From NCBI GenBank assembly GCA_900547785.1, contig URIB01000003.1, forward strand, positions 33,780 to 97,779: a stretch of DNA of 64,000 nt, written 5' to 3'. Position 1 is the stretch's first letter, and every line of letters starts with the position of its first letter. The notes beneath the pieces were generated by a model. That model did not search any database. It was given only the letters and a program-made list of their open reading frames with translations, and was not told the DNA's origin. Source of the stretch: an uncultured Dialister sp. (GTDB lineage Bacteria; Bacillota; Negativicutes; Veillonellales; Dialisteraceae). Made by a program: the position numbers and the translations under genes. This document shows, piece by piece, positions 19,342-29,272 of this stretch.

Positions 19342-22300
19342 GTTTTTCTCCTGAATGTATTTCTTTTATTATTTCTTCTATAAAATCAGCCATCCATTTC
19401 ACGATATTCCCTGAAATTTCGGCTTTTTGTATTCTAACACGGGCAGGCGAACCTGGCAAAAAATGCAGCTTGGACATATACGCCCGAGGAAGCAAATTAA
19501 TATTCCAATGATGCATGGGTTCTTCATCCGCCCATGTAATCAGCATTGTTTGACCCTCATCTATAATGCTTCCTATTCCTAATCTTCTTGCGGCAGTACG
19601 AATACGTGCCGCCATAAATAATCGTTCTGCCGGCGGCGTAGGACTGCCAAAACGGTCTATAACTTCATCAATAAGGTCAGTTAGTTCTTCTTCCGTTTCC
19701 ACAACCGCCATTCGCCGGTAAATCTCCATTTTTTGTTCTTCTCCGGCAATATATGTTTCATCCAGGTATGCGTCCTGCCGAAGTTCTACCGTTGTTTCCG
19801 GCAACTTTTGGCGGGCAGGTCGGTGTTCTTTTTCTGTGCGAAGACGATATACAGCATCTTCCAGCATATTACAATACGTGGCAAATCCCACACCTGCTAT
19901 ATTTCCATGTTGCTGCGCCCCCAAAAGATTTCCTGCGCCTCGGATTTCCAGGTCACGCATAGCAATTTTAAACCCGCTTCCCAGTTCTGTAAACTCCCGA
20001 ATCGTATTTAACCGTTTTTCCGCTACTTCAGAAAGCACTTTCCCTTGCCGGTAGAAAAACCAGGCTCTGGCTATTTTCTCCGATCTTCCGACTCTTCCCC
20101 TCATTTGGTAAATTTGGGACAACCCCAATTTATCTGCATCATAGACAAGCATCGTATTCGCATTGGGCTGGTCGACTCCATTTTCAATTAAAGTCGTACA
20201 CAGCAAAATATCATAGCGCTTTTCATAAAAATCTACCATGACCTGTTCAAGTTTCTTTCCTTCCATCCGCCCATAGGCAACAGCAATAGTTACATCATCA
20301 GGAAGAATATTTCTTAAATGCTTTTCCATTGCTCCGATACTTTCGATGCGGTTATAAATGAAATAAGTTTGCCCCCCTCTTGCTTTTTCTCTGGCTATTG
20401 CATCTTTTACAATTTCATCATTATATTCTGTTACATAAGTTTGTATGGCATGGCGATTGGACGGAGGTTGTGTCATGGTCACCATATCGCGTACCCCGGT
20501 AAGACTCATATGCAAAGTTCTTGGTATGGGTGTCGCCGAAAGCGTCAATACATCCAATCCCTCAGACCAGGATTTCCATTTTTCCTTCTGCATAACTCCG
20601 AAACGCTGTTCCTCATCTACAACGAGCAATCCCAAGCGCCGGCATTTAATCCTTTCAGATAAGACCGCATGTGTCCCTATAACGACATCCAGCTCTCCAC
20701 TGGCCAGCTTTTCTAAAATTTCTTTCTTCTCTTTCGCTGTAGTAAAGCGGTTTAAAATCGCCGTATTCACTCCGAAAGAATCCATGCGGTCCGTAAATGT
20801 CTTATAATGCTGACTCGAAAGAACGGTGGTCGGACAAAGAACCATCGCCTGGTATCCGCTCATAACGCACTTAAACACCGCCCGCATCGCCACTTCCGTT
20901 TTTCCGAATCCTACATCTCCGCAGACAAGCATATCCATCGGTCTCGGCCGCTCCATTGCCCGCTTGACCGTCTCGATCGCCTCTATCTGATCATCCGTTT
21001 CCACAAAAGGAAATGTATCTTCAAATTCTCTTTGTTCCGATGTATCAGGGAAGAATGCAATTCCCTCCGCAATTTCTCTGTCGGCATAGACTTTTAATAA
21101 TTTTTCTGCCAGTTCCTCAATAGATTTTTTTACTTTACTCCGTACTTTGTCCCACTGGGCACCTCCCATGCGGTGAAGCGCCGGCGTCTGACCTTCCGGC
21201 CCGATATATTTTTCCAATGTAGCGATTTGCTCCATCGGTAAATACAATTTGTCGGACCCCGCATATTGGATGGTAATATAATCACGGTGAATACCATCCA
21301 GCTCAATCGTGTTAAGTCCGGTATATTTTCCGATGCCATGAACCCTCTGAACCACATAATCGCCTATCTGTAAATCGGAAAAATAGCGGATTTGTTTTCC
21401 TTTTTCGCCCGCTTTATAACGGCGGACCTTTTGTTTCCCCAGTATATCTCCTGCTGCTATCCAGGCTGTTTTCAATGAGGGCAGTTCAAACCCTCCGGAA
21501 AGAATATGATTAAAAAGTGTTACTGCTCCTTCTTTCAGCCGGTTCGAAGTGGAGATATGATAATCTGCCAGATAATTTTCTATCTCTTTCCTTTCTGAAA
21601 AACGGGGTGTCAAAATCGCCACTTTCCAGTTTTCCTCAAGCAACCGGGAAAGCTCATTCATGAAAAGACCGATTTGCCGCTGGTAATTGACCGTTGTCCG
21701 CCCTTCCCAGCTTGCGCTCTCTTCTGTTTTTATCCCGTCAATCTCTCTTTTTAAGAAGGAAAATAATAGAATTTTATTATGGCTTTCTTTCTTTTTACGG
21801 GAAAACGCAGTCAGTTCATCCCAGGAGAATGCTTTTTTCCTATTTGCCGCCTCTTCGCGGAAATACTTTTCTAATGCTTCTTTTCCTCTCTGCGGTTCAT
21901 CATAAATCAATATTCCGTTTTTCAGATATGACAAAAGTGACGCATTGGCAGTTCCTTCCATGCGGACAGGTAAAAATGAAAAAGTTTCCAGATTCTCGAA
22001 AGAACGCTGGGTATCCTCATCAAACAAACGGATACTGTCAATTTCATCGCCAAAAAATTCCGCTCTCACCGGATGTTTTTCACTGATGGCAAAGATATCA
22101 ACAATATCTCCCCGCACAGAAAAGTGCCCGCACCGTTCCACCTGGTCCACCCGTTCATAGCCACGCGCCACAAGATCCGACAGTAATTTCTCTCTTTCTA
22201 CTTCTTCTCCTACGGATAAAGACATCCCTCCTTTTTCAAGACAGGATGGGGCAATAATTTTTTGTGCCGCTTCTATAACCGTCGCTATTACGACGGCCGG

Positions 22301-22741
22301 TTTTCCGCCCACCCATCGACCGAGACTACGCATACGCTCTCTCAAACGTTCGGTGCCTGAAAACGTGACTTTAAAATCCGTTCCCTCTACGACGGGAAAT
22401 GAATAGATTTGTAATTGTGGGGCAAAAAAGTGCAAATCCTGCTCCCATCGGATAATATCTTTCTGTCCGGGGACAAGAACAAGCATCGGTTTATCCGGTT
22501 TAGACGCCATCGCCGCCAGTAACGGCTTCTGAGAATCACCGGCACCGGAAATCATGACGGTTTTCCCGTTTTCCAATACCCCGGTTATCTTGTCCATTTC
22601 TTTCTGTTTTTTTATAAAGTGAACAAAATCCTCTCCCGCTTTTTCATCAAACATAAAAGGCTTTCTATCGGTCCGTTCGATTAAATCAGATACTGAAGCG
22701 GTGGTCTGTATATTGGCAATCGCTTGTCTTTCTTCCATCAC
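19334..22741 (-). CDS. mfd: Transcription-repair coupling factor
   Basis: UvrB-like region, CarD/RID domain (GDYVVQRVHGIG), GDVGFGKTEVA, DEEQRFGV, TPIPRTL, QMRGRVGRS. Confidence 0.97.
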   Translation of the reverse strand: MMEERQAIANIQTTASVSDLIERTDRKPFMFDEKAGEDFVHFIKKQKEMDKITGVLENGKTVMISGAGDSQKPLLAAMASKPDKPMLVLVPGQKDIIRWEQDLHFFAPQLQIYSFPVVEGTDFKVTFSGTERLRERMRSLGRWVGGKPAVVIATVIEAAQKIIAPSCLEKGGMSLSVGEEVEREKLLSDLVARGYERVDQVERCGHFSVRGDIVDIFAISEKHPVRAEFFGDEIDSIRLFDEDTQRSFENLETFSFLPVRMEGTANASLLSYLKNGILIYDEPQRGKEALEKYFREEAANRKKAFSWDELTAFSRKKKESHNKILLFSFLKREIDGIKTEESASWEGRTTVNYQRQIGLFMNELSRLLEENWKVAILTPRFSERKEIENYLADYHISTSNRLKEGAVTLFNHILSGGFELPSLKTAWIAAGDILGKQKVRRYKAGEKGKQIRYFSDLQIGDYVVQRVHGIGKYTGLNTIELDGIHRDYITIQYAGSDKLYLPMEQIATLEKYIGPEGQTPALHRMGGAQWDKVRSKVKKSIEELAEKLLKVYADREIAEGIAFFPDTSEQREFEDTFPFVETDDQIEAIETVKRAMERPRPMDMLVCGDVGFGKTEVAMRAVFKCVMSGYQAMVLCPTTVLSSQHYKTFTDRMDSFGVNTAILNRFTTAKEKKEILEKLASGELDVVIGTHAVLSERIKCRRLGLLVVDEEQRFGVMQKEKWKSWSEGLDVLTLSATPIPRTLHMSLTGVRDMVTMTQPPSNRHAIQTYVTEYNDEIVKDAIAREKARGGQTYFIYNRIESIGAMEKHLRNILPDDVTIAVAYGRMEGKKLEQVMVDFYEKRYDILLCTTLIENGVDQPNANTMLVYDADKLGLSQIYQMRGRVGRSEKIARAWFFYRQGKVLSEVAEKRLNTIREFTELGSGFKIAMRDLEIRGAGNLLGAQQHGNIAGVGFATYCNMLEDAVYRLRTEKEHRPARQKLPETTVELRQDAYLDETYIAGEEQKMEIYRRMAVVETEEELTDLIDEVIDRFGSPTPPAERLFMAARIRTAARRLGIGSIIDEGQTMLITWADEEPMHHWNINLLPRAYMSKLHFLPGSPARVRIQKAEISGNIVKWMADFIEEIIKEIHSGEKRA

Positions 22742-23235
22742 AGTCCGCCTTTCCGTGGAATAATTTCTTTTGAAACCTCATTGTATCCCTGCAATTCTTT
22801 AATCCGGTCATGAATTTTTTGCTTTTTAAAAACAAATTGCGGGAAAATTTCTTCCAAAGGAACCAGCACAAAAGGCCGATCCCAAAAAAAAGGATGCGGC
22901 AATGTTAAAAACTTTGTATTTTTTTCTATCCCATCTCCATAAATTAAGTCCAAATCAAGTGTTCTTGGTCCCCAATGTATCTCTCTGGTGCGTCCGAACC
23001 GGATTTCTACTTTCTGCAAAAAACACAGCAGTGCTTCAGGTGTATCATCCCATTCAACGGCAATGACAGCATTCAAAAAATCCGGCTGATCCTTTTTACC
23101 CCAAGGTCGGGTTCTGTAAAAAGAAGATTTTTTCACCGTTTCCCAGAAAGGAGATTTCTCCAATACCTTCAGGGCATCCTTCATAATTTTTTCCGATTCC
23201 CCCAAGTTGGAGCCCATTGAAATGATATATATCAT
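22738..23235 (-). CDS. folK: 2-amino-4-hydroxy-6-hydroxymethyldihydropteridine pyrophosphokinase
   Basis: ISMGSNLG, DQPDFLNAV, WGPRTLDLD, LPHP. Confidence 0.96.
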   Translation of the reverse strand: MIYIISMGSNLGESEKIMKDALKVLEKSPFWETVKKSSFYRTRPWGKKDQPDFLNAVIAVEWDDTPEALLCFLQKVEIRFGRTREIHWGPRTLDLDLIYGDGIEKNTKFLTLPHPFFWDRPFVLVPLEEIFPQFVFKKQKIHDRIKELQGYNEVSKEIIPRKGGL

Positions 23236-23591
23236 CTTTTTTTATTCAGTGTCACCGCCACATCTTCCAAAATCCCGGGTATCGGTGCTCCCGGTTTATG
23301 CACTGTTGTCGATACTTCATCTATAGCGGGATACCTTTCCATAATTTTTTCATTAATAAGAGCCGCCACATGCTCCAAAAGCCGGCAAGGCTTCCCTTCC
23401 GCGATCACTTTTACACAGGCAAATACATCCGCATAATTGACGGAATCCCCAAGGGCATCCGTTTTACCCGGTTTTGCCAAATTCAATGACATTTTGACAT
23501 CTATGACAAAGCGTTGGCCTAAAACGTTTTCCTCTTTATCCGCCCCATGATAGCCGTAAAAAATCATACCTTTTAATAAAATCGTATCCAT
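23232..23591 (-). CDS. folB: Dihydroneopterin aldolase
   Basis: FYGYHG...EE..LGQRF, VNYA, LLEHVA, VHKP. ATG 23591 preferred over the ORF-track start. Confidence 0.95.
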   Translation of the reverse strand: MDTILLKGMIFYGYHGADKEENVLGQRFVIDVKMSLNLAKPGKTDALGDSVNYADVFACVKVIAEGKPCRLLEHVAALINEKIMERYPAIDEVSTTVHKPGAPIPGILEDVAVTLNKKR

Positions 23592-23623
23592 ATTTTTCCT
23601 CAAAAATCCTACACTCCTGAAAC

Positions 23624-24463
23624 TTACAGAATGATATTATTTTTCAAAACATCCCAAACTTTAGACAAGCGGACGGCCATCTCTACATTATGTACACGGA
23701 GAATGGAACAGCCTTTGGTCACGCCCCATAAATCAACCGCCCCCGTCCCCTCATCTCTTTCAGACGCCGGTACTTCCAAAATATCACCGATAAAACGTTT
23801 ACGGCTCACACCTAAAAGCCAGGGATACGGAAAATGTTTTGTCAATTCATCAAGACGACGGAGTACTTCCAAGTTTTGATTACTGTCTTTCCCAAATCCA
23901 ATGCCCGGGTCCAGAATGATATTTTTTTCTTTAATGTCTGCCTGCAATGCCAATTCTACCGTTCTTTCCAAAAACATTTTCATAGTTTCTATGATATCAC
24001 GGTTGTAATTCGTGCCGTCTTGATTATGCATGAGGATCACAGGAATGTCATAACCGGAGAAAACTTGGGCCATTTCCCCCTTATCATATTGCAGACCCCA
24101 TATATCGTTTCCGATGTGTATTCCTTGACGCAAAGCATATTCCGCCGTTTTCCAGTGATATGTATCCAAAGAAACAGGGACCGTGCTTTTTTCTAATATG
24201 GCAGGAAGAAATTTCTTTAACCGCTCTATTTCCTCCTCTGCCGTCATCGGCTGATGCCCGGGACGTGTCGATTCCGCCCCCACATCAATGATATCCGCTC
24301 CTTGCCCTATCATATCATGGGCATGTGCCACTGCCGATTCCTCTGTATTCCACCGGCCTCCGTCAGAAAATGAATCGGGCGTTACATTCAGAACACCCAT
24401 GATTAAAGTTTTATCACTGACCTGAAGTTCTTTACCGTCCCGCCATTTATAATTACGTTCCAT
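23624..24463 (-). CDS. folP: Dihydropteroate synthase
   Basis: IMGVLNVTPDSFSDGG, GAESTRPG, DPGIGFGK, SRKRFIG, RVHNV. Confidence 0.97.
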   Translation of the reverse strand: MERNYKWRDGKELQVSDKTLIMGVLNVTPDSFSDGGRWNTEESAVAHAHDMIGQGADIIDVGAESTRPGHQPMTAEEEIERLKKFLPAILEKSTVPVSLDTYHWKTAEYALRQGIHIGNDIWGLQYDKGEMAQVFSGYDIPVILMHNQDGTNYNRDIIETMKMFLERTVELALQADIKEKNIILDPGIGFGKDSNQNLEVLRRLDELTKHFPYPWLLGVSRKRFIGDILEVPASERDEGTGAVDLWGVTKGCSILRVHNVEMAVRLSKVWDVLKNNIIL

Positions 24464-24505
24464 ACGTATCGCTCCTTATTTTCAGTTACACCTGTTATGT
24501 TACTT

Positions 24506-24535
24506 ATAGTATCACCATTTCTCCAATCAGGGCAA
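24506..24535 (-). promoter_or_regulatory. Possible promoter of folP-folB-folK-mfd-yabM
   Basis: TTGCCC-18 nt-TACTAT with extended -10 (TGaTACTAT). Confidence 0.45.
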
Positions 24536-24536
24536 C

Positions 24537-24681
24537 AAAAAAAGCGGCATATACCGCTTTTTTCGTGCAGAATATCCATTGAGGAGTGTGGAAATATCTG
24601 CAACCAAATTGATAATCAGGGAAATAATCATCAATCAGGTTCTATGAATGGCATTCATAGCCATGGCATTTCCTCCATGTA
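24537..24681 (-). ncRNA. Candidate small RNA (may encode 9-aa peptide MAMNAIHRT)
   Basis: Own promoter TTGTAT-17-TATAAT (24687-24715), three hairpins, and terminator AAAAAAGCGG-uauaug-CCGCUUUUUUU (24537-24563). Confidence 0.55.
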
Positions 24682-24766
24682 ACTACATTATACACAAAAG
24701 ATAGAGAAAATACAATATCTAAAAATACCGATACGGTATCTTTTTTATTTCTTCAGTATTTTTTAT

Positions 24767-25381
24767 TCACTCACGAATAAAAAGGCGCTGTAATAAAGAT
24801 ATTGATCCTGCAGAGTCATCCAGCATTTTTTCTGTTTCCGATAAAATATCTTTCCAATATATGATATACACCGGCTCATGTTCTCCTATAAAAAGAGTAC
24901 TGAGCATCTCTTTATAAATTTTATCTCCTCGTTCTTCAAATGCATAAATTTTCCGGCACCGTGCTTCCATTTTCATATAATTGGCTGATATATCCGATGT
25001 GTAGTTTACAATTTTTTGTATTTCTTCCAGTGAATTTGTGAGCAATTCCGTCATTTTTGCAAAATTTGCCGGCCGTTCTCCCATAGAGAAGACGGATAAT
25101 TGAATCGCTATTTCATCCATTCCGTTTACAACACCATAAATTTTCAGAAGAAATGTTTTTGCAAAATCAATTTCTGCCGGTTTTTTATAGACTTTATATA
25201 CCTTTTCAAAAAGCAAATTCATGGAGTTACGCATCTTCTTTTTTATTCTATGGATTTCTGCTCCTGCTGCTTCTTCATCTATGTCTCCCCGGCTCATTTT
25301 GGTAAAAATAATGCCTGCTTTATTTCCTTCTCCGCAAAACAGGGAAAGACTTTTGAAAAATTTTTCTTCTTTATTATTCAT
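24767..25381 (-). CDS. DUF47 / PhoU-like helical protein (divergent)
   Basis: N-terminal KEEKFF and second-half IYAFEERGDKIY...IIYWKDI..TEKMLD pattern typical of DUF47. Confidence 0.65.
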   Translation of the reverse strand: MNNKEEKFFKSLSLFCGEGNKAGIIFTKMSRGDIDEEAAGAEIHRIKKKMRNSMNLLFEKVYKVYKKPAEIDFAKTFLLKIYGVVNGMDEIAIQLSVFSMGERPANFAKMTELLTNSLEEIQKIVNYTSDISANYMKMEARCRKIYAFEERGDKIYKEMLSTLFIGEHEPVYIIYWKDILSETEKMLDDSAGSISLLQRLFIRE

Positions 25382-25487
25382 GATAAACTCCTTGCGTCAT
25401 ATTTATGTATCAATTTTATCACATGTCTATGGAATAATCGGCATATATAAAAAATCTGCCCTTACATCCGAGCATATTTCTTCTATC

Positions 25488-25955
25488 TTATTTTTTTATC
25501 TTATTAAAAAGGGAGGTTAATTCCAGAGCCGCTAAAGCACATTCAAATCCTTTATTTCCCGACTTAAGTCCGGCACGGTTCAAAGCCTGTTCTACCGTAT
25601 CCGTTGTCAAAATTCCGTAAAGCACGGGGATTCCCGCTGAAAGTGCCACTTGGGAAATGCCTTTGGTTACTTCAGTGGCTACATGATCGTAGTGGTCCGT
25701 TTCCCCCCGAATGACCGCACCCAGACAAATGATTGCATCATATTTCCCGCTTTCCGCCATTTTTTTTGCTGTCACCGGGACTTCAAAGGCACCGGGTACC
25801 CATGCCAAATCTACCGTATCCAAATCCACACCGTGGCGTGATAATCCGTCAGCGGCCCCGTCAATCAATTTCGATGTAATAATTTCATTAAAACGGGAAG
25901 CTACGATTCCTACTTTGACTTTATTTTCATTATACAAACCTGAAATAATATTCAT
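25488..25955 (-). CDS. ribH: 6,7-dimethyl-8-ribityllumazine synthase
   Basis: [33 protein letters not shown]. Confidence 0.97.
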   Translation of the reverse strand: MNIISGLYNENKVKVGIVASRFNEIITSKLIDGAADGLSRHGVDLDTVDLAWVPGAFEVPVTAKKMAESGKYDAIICLGAVIRGETDHYDHVATEVTKGISQVALSAGIPVLYGILTTDTVEQALNRAGLKSGNKGFECALAALELTSLFNKIKK

Positions 25956-25967
25956 AGTATCCTCCTT

Positions 25968-27176
25968 TTACTTATACATATGAAGCATGTGCCCCATTTT
26001 GTCCTGCTTTGTTTTTAAATAAAATTCATCTTCTTCCGTCGGATCCATTTCAATCGGAAGACGTTCTTCAATGGTGATTCCATACTCACTGACATCACCT
26101 ATCTTTTGCGGATTATTTGTCAGAATCCGAATCCGGTCCGCCCCAAGGTCATGGAGAATCTGCGCTCCTGTCATATATTCTCTGAGATCGGCGGCAAATC
26201 CCAGTTTTAAATTGGCATCTACCGTATCATACCCTTCATCCTGCAATTTGTATGCTTTAAGCTTATTAATCAGCCCGATTCCTCTTCCTTCCTGCCGCAG
26301 ATACACAAGCACACCTCGTCCTTCTTTGGCAACTTTTTTCATCGCCACATCCAGCTGCTGTCCGCAATCACAACGAAGTGATCCGAAACAATCTCCGGTC
26401 AGGCATTCCGAATGAATGCGGCAAAGAACGGGCTTGCCGTCAGATACATCTCCCATAGCAAGGGCTACATGATGTTCATGATTGATTAAGTTCACGTATC
26501 CATAAATACGGAACTCTCCATATTTAGTAGGCATTCTGGCCTCTGAAACCCTTTTGATCAGTTTCTCATGTTTTTTGCGATACTCCACTAAGTCCCGGAT
26601 ACTGCCGATTTTTAGATTTTTTTCTTTGGCTAAGGCAAACAGACTGTCTTTTCTTGACATGTCACCATCTCTATCCATAATTTCGCAGCAAAGCCCCACA
26701 GGCTTCAGTCCTGCCAACCTGACAAGGTCGACCGTCGCTTCTGTATGTCCTTCTCTTTCAAGAACCCCCCACGGCTTGGCTTTCAAAGGAAACATATGAC
26801 CCGGCCTTTTAAAATCTTCCGGCTTTATCCCCTCTTTGACAACAGCCATGGCCGTCATTGACCGGGCCTTGGCAGAAATACCTGTCCCCGCTTCTTTATA
26901 GTCAATGGATGTCAGAAAAGCCGTTTCATTACTTTCTGTATTTTGCCGTACCATAGGGGCAAGAAATAATTGCTCTGCCACTTCTTCCGCCATAGGCATA
27001 CAGATCAATCCTCTTGCTTCCGATGCCATGCGGTTAATATTTTCAGGTGTGGCAAATTCGGCGGCACATATGTAATCACCTTCATTTTCACGCGATTCGG
27101 GATCCTGAATAATGACAATATGCCCATTTTTGATTTCTTCAATCACTTCTTCAATCGGGTCAAACTTAAATTCCAT
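25968..27176 (-). CDS. ribBA: Bifunctional DHBP synthase / GTP cyclohydrolase II
   Basis: [49 protein letters not shown]. Confidence 0.97.
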   Translation of the reverse strand: MEFKFDPIEEVIEEIKNGHIVIIQDPESRENEGDYICAAEFATPENINRMASEARGLICMPMAEEVAEQLFLAPMVRQNTESNETAFLTSIDYKEAGTGISAKARSMTAMAVVKEGIKPEDFKRPGHMFPLKAKPWGVLEREGHTEATVDLVRLAGLKPVGLCCEIMDRDGDMSRKDSLFALAKEKNLKIGSIRDLVEYRKKHEKLIKRVSEARMPTKYGEFRIYGYVNLINHEHHVALAMGDVSDGKPVLCRIHSECLTGDCFGSLRCDCGQQLDVAMKKVAKEGRGVLVYLRQEGRGIGLINKLKAYKLQDEGYDTVDANLKLGFAADLREYMTGAQILHDLGADRIRILTNNPQKIGDVSEYGITIEERLPIEMDPTEEDEFYLKTKQDKMGHMLHMYK

Positions 27177-27819
27177 AGTTTCCTCCTAAATGCAGTGTTT
27201 TTAATTTTTCTATAGTCAAACCTTTTTCAGGCTTCTCTTTTACAAATTGCTCTACATATTTTCCCAGGTAATCATATTCCAAATTGACCGGATCTCCCGT
27301 TTTTTTTGACAGCAAACCTGTCATTTTCCCGGTATGGGGAATTAAAGAAACGGTAAAAGCTGCTCCTTTTTTTTTCGCTATTGTCAAACTCACTCCGTCA
27401 ATGGCGACAGACCCTTTTTCTAACATATATTTCTCAAAACGGGCTTCCGCTTCGACCGATATATTCAACGCATTTTCCTCTCTATAGATAGAAAGAATTT
27501 TTCCCGTGCTGTCTACATGACCAAGCATAATATGCCCTCCAAGACGATCACAAAGACGCAAGGCCCTTTCCAAATTGACCTGTGTTCCCGCTTTAAAAAG
27601 CGAAAATGCGGTTCTCTTCATTGTTTCAGGCGTTACATCACACAAAAAAGAGGTTGCAGTCAATTCGGTTACAGTCAGACAGGCTCCGTTGACAGCTATA
27701 CTGTCCCCCACCTGTGTTCCTTCCAATACTTTTCTGCACCGGATAGTCAACATACAGGATCGGGATGCGTAAATTATTTTTTCAATAGTTCCTATTTCTT
27801 CCACTATCCCTGTAAACAT
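27166..27819 (-). CDS. ribE: Riboflavin synthase alpha chain
   Basis: [45 protein letters not shown]. Confidence 0.96.
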   Translation of the reverse strand: MFTGIVEEIGTIEKIIYASRSCMLTIRCRKVLEGTQVGDSIAVNGACLTVTELTATSFLCDVTPETMKRTAFSLFKAGTQVNLERALRLCDRLGGHIMLGHVDSTGKILSIYREENALNISVEAEARFEKYMLEKGSVAIDGVSLTIAKKKGAAFTVSLIPHTGKMTGLLSKKTGDPVNLEYDYLGKYVEQFVKEKPEKGLTIEKLKTLHLGGNYGI

Positions 27820-27909
27820 ATTCCTCTTTTTCCTTTTTCACTGCACGAAATCACTTTTGCTCTCCCGCTGGATCGCGCCTGTCAGCAGGACTGTCATTTT
27901 CATCAGATC

Positions 27910-29034
27910 CTATTTTTCTCTCTTTGTATAAGTTTTTCCTTTTTTTACATAAGCTTCTACAACTAAATCCGCCCCTGATCGTTCTGTACGGATATTTTCC
28001 AACGGAACTGCTGCGGAAACCCTATCCGCGCCAATCCCTCCAATCGCTCCGGGTGCATCTATTCCTCCGATGATGACAGGCGCCAGATAGAACCTGATTT
28101 TATCTACAATTCCCGCCTCAAATGCGGCAGCGGCCGTTTCCGAACCGCCTTCCAGCAAAATACTGTCTATTCCTTTTACCGCAAGTCCCGTCATGGCAGC
28201 CTCTAAATCGACTTTCCCCGCTTCATCGCTATCCGCACAGATAATTTCCGCTCCGATTTCTTCAAAAGTTTTTATCTTTTGCGGATCAGCTTCTGTCGTT
28301 GTCAGTATAATGACACGCCCGGGATTTTGAAATACATTGGCATCCGGTGAACAGGATAGTCTTCCGTCTACAATAATTCTTACCGGATCCGCCAATCCTT
28401 CCGTTCTTGCAGTGAGTAAGGGATTATCTGCCTTAATCGTTCCCGCTCCCGCCATGATCGCCGAATAAATACCGCGGAGTGCATGTGTTTCCTCTCTTGA
28501 TGTTTCTGATGAAATCCACCGGGACTCTCCTGTATGGCAAGCAGTTTTTCCATCTAAAGAAAGAGCCGCTTTATAAAGTACGAACGGTTTTTTCCGAGTA
28601 ATAAATTTTACATATATTTCATTCAGCCTTTGTGCCTCTTTTTCCATGACCCCGGTCGTCACGAAGATCTCCGCCTCACGAAGAGCACGAATCCCTTTCC
28701 CTGCTACCAACGGATTCGGATCCGTCATGGCAATGACAACACGCTCAACGTCTTTGGAAATAATCAAGTTGGTACATGGCGGTGTTTTCCCGTAATGGCA
28801 ACAAGGCTCGAGTGTCACATAGAGTGTTCCTCCCGCTGTATCTTCTTTACAGCCGGCAAAAGCATTCACTTCCGCGTGAACATCTCCAAATTGTTTATGC
28901 CACCCTTCTCCTATAATTGTTCCGTCTTTTACAAGAACAGCACCCACTAAAGGATTCGGTCTGGTGTGTCCTGCCCCCTGTGTTGCCAATTCGAGAGCAC
29001 GGGCCATAAATTTCCTGTCATCATCCATGCGCAT
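27910..29034 (-). CDS. ribD: Riboflavin biosynthesis deaminase/reductase
   Basis: PNPLVGAV, HAE, TLEPCCHYGKTPPC, SLDGK, LLEGG. True start ATG 29034; the ORF-track start lies inside the riboswitch. Confidence 0.96.
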   Translation of the reverse strand: MRMDDDRKFMARALELATQGAGHTRPNPLVGAVLVKDGTIIGEGWHKQFGDVHAEVNAFAGCKEDTAGGTLYVTLEPCCHYGKTPPCTNLIISKDVERVVIAMTDPNPLVAGKGIRALREAEIFVTTGVMEKEAQRLNEIYVKFITRKKPFVLYKAALSLDGKTACHTGESRWISSETSREETHALRGIYSAIMAGAGTIKADNPLLTARTEGLADPVRIIVDGRLSCSPDANVFQNPGRVIILTTTEADPQKIKTFEEIGAEIICADSDEAGKVDLEAAMTGLAVKGIDSILLEGGSETAAAAFEAGIVDKIRFYLAPVIIGGIDAPGAIGGIGADRVSAAVPLENIRTERSGADLVVEAYVKKGKTYTKREK

Positions 29035-29207
29035 AAAAAAACCTCCCGCTTCAGGGAGGTAAGAGCAGCACGCACAAAAACACGGTTCTTCTCTCATCCA
29101 GACTGTACTGTCGGCTTTGGATTCACACCAAAATCAGCCTTACGGCTCGTGGGCTTAAGGAAAACCTTTCACCACCGGTCGGGATTTGCACCCTGCCCTG
29201 AAGATAT
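29035..29207 (-). ncRNA. FMN riboswitch (RFN element) with expression platform
   Basis: Aptamer ~29086-29207: UCUUCAGGGCAGGGUGcAAAUCCCGACCGGUGGU...AGCCCACGAG...GCCGACAGUACAGUCUGGAUGAGAGAAG. Then hairpin ACCUCCC-ugaagc-GGGAGGU and a U run. Promoter TGcTATAAT at 29225-29233. Confidence 0.95.
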
Positions 29208-29272
29208 ACCTGATTGACTTACTTATTATAGCAAATCATAAAATAAAATCAATCAACTAAAGAAGTTGTGTC

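Noticed and set aside
24537..24690. THF riboswitch expected upstream of folP
   Set aside because: No match to the THF aptamer consensus as I recall it; treated instead as an unknown small transcript.
27820..27909. CUGAUGA in the ribD-ribE spacer suggesting a hammerhead ribozyme
   Set aside because: No GAAA directly after a stem II and no stem I/III with a cleavage triplet. Only a modest hairpin (UCCUGCUG/CAGCGGGA) is present.
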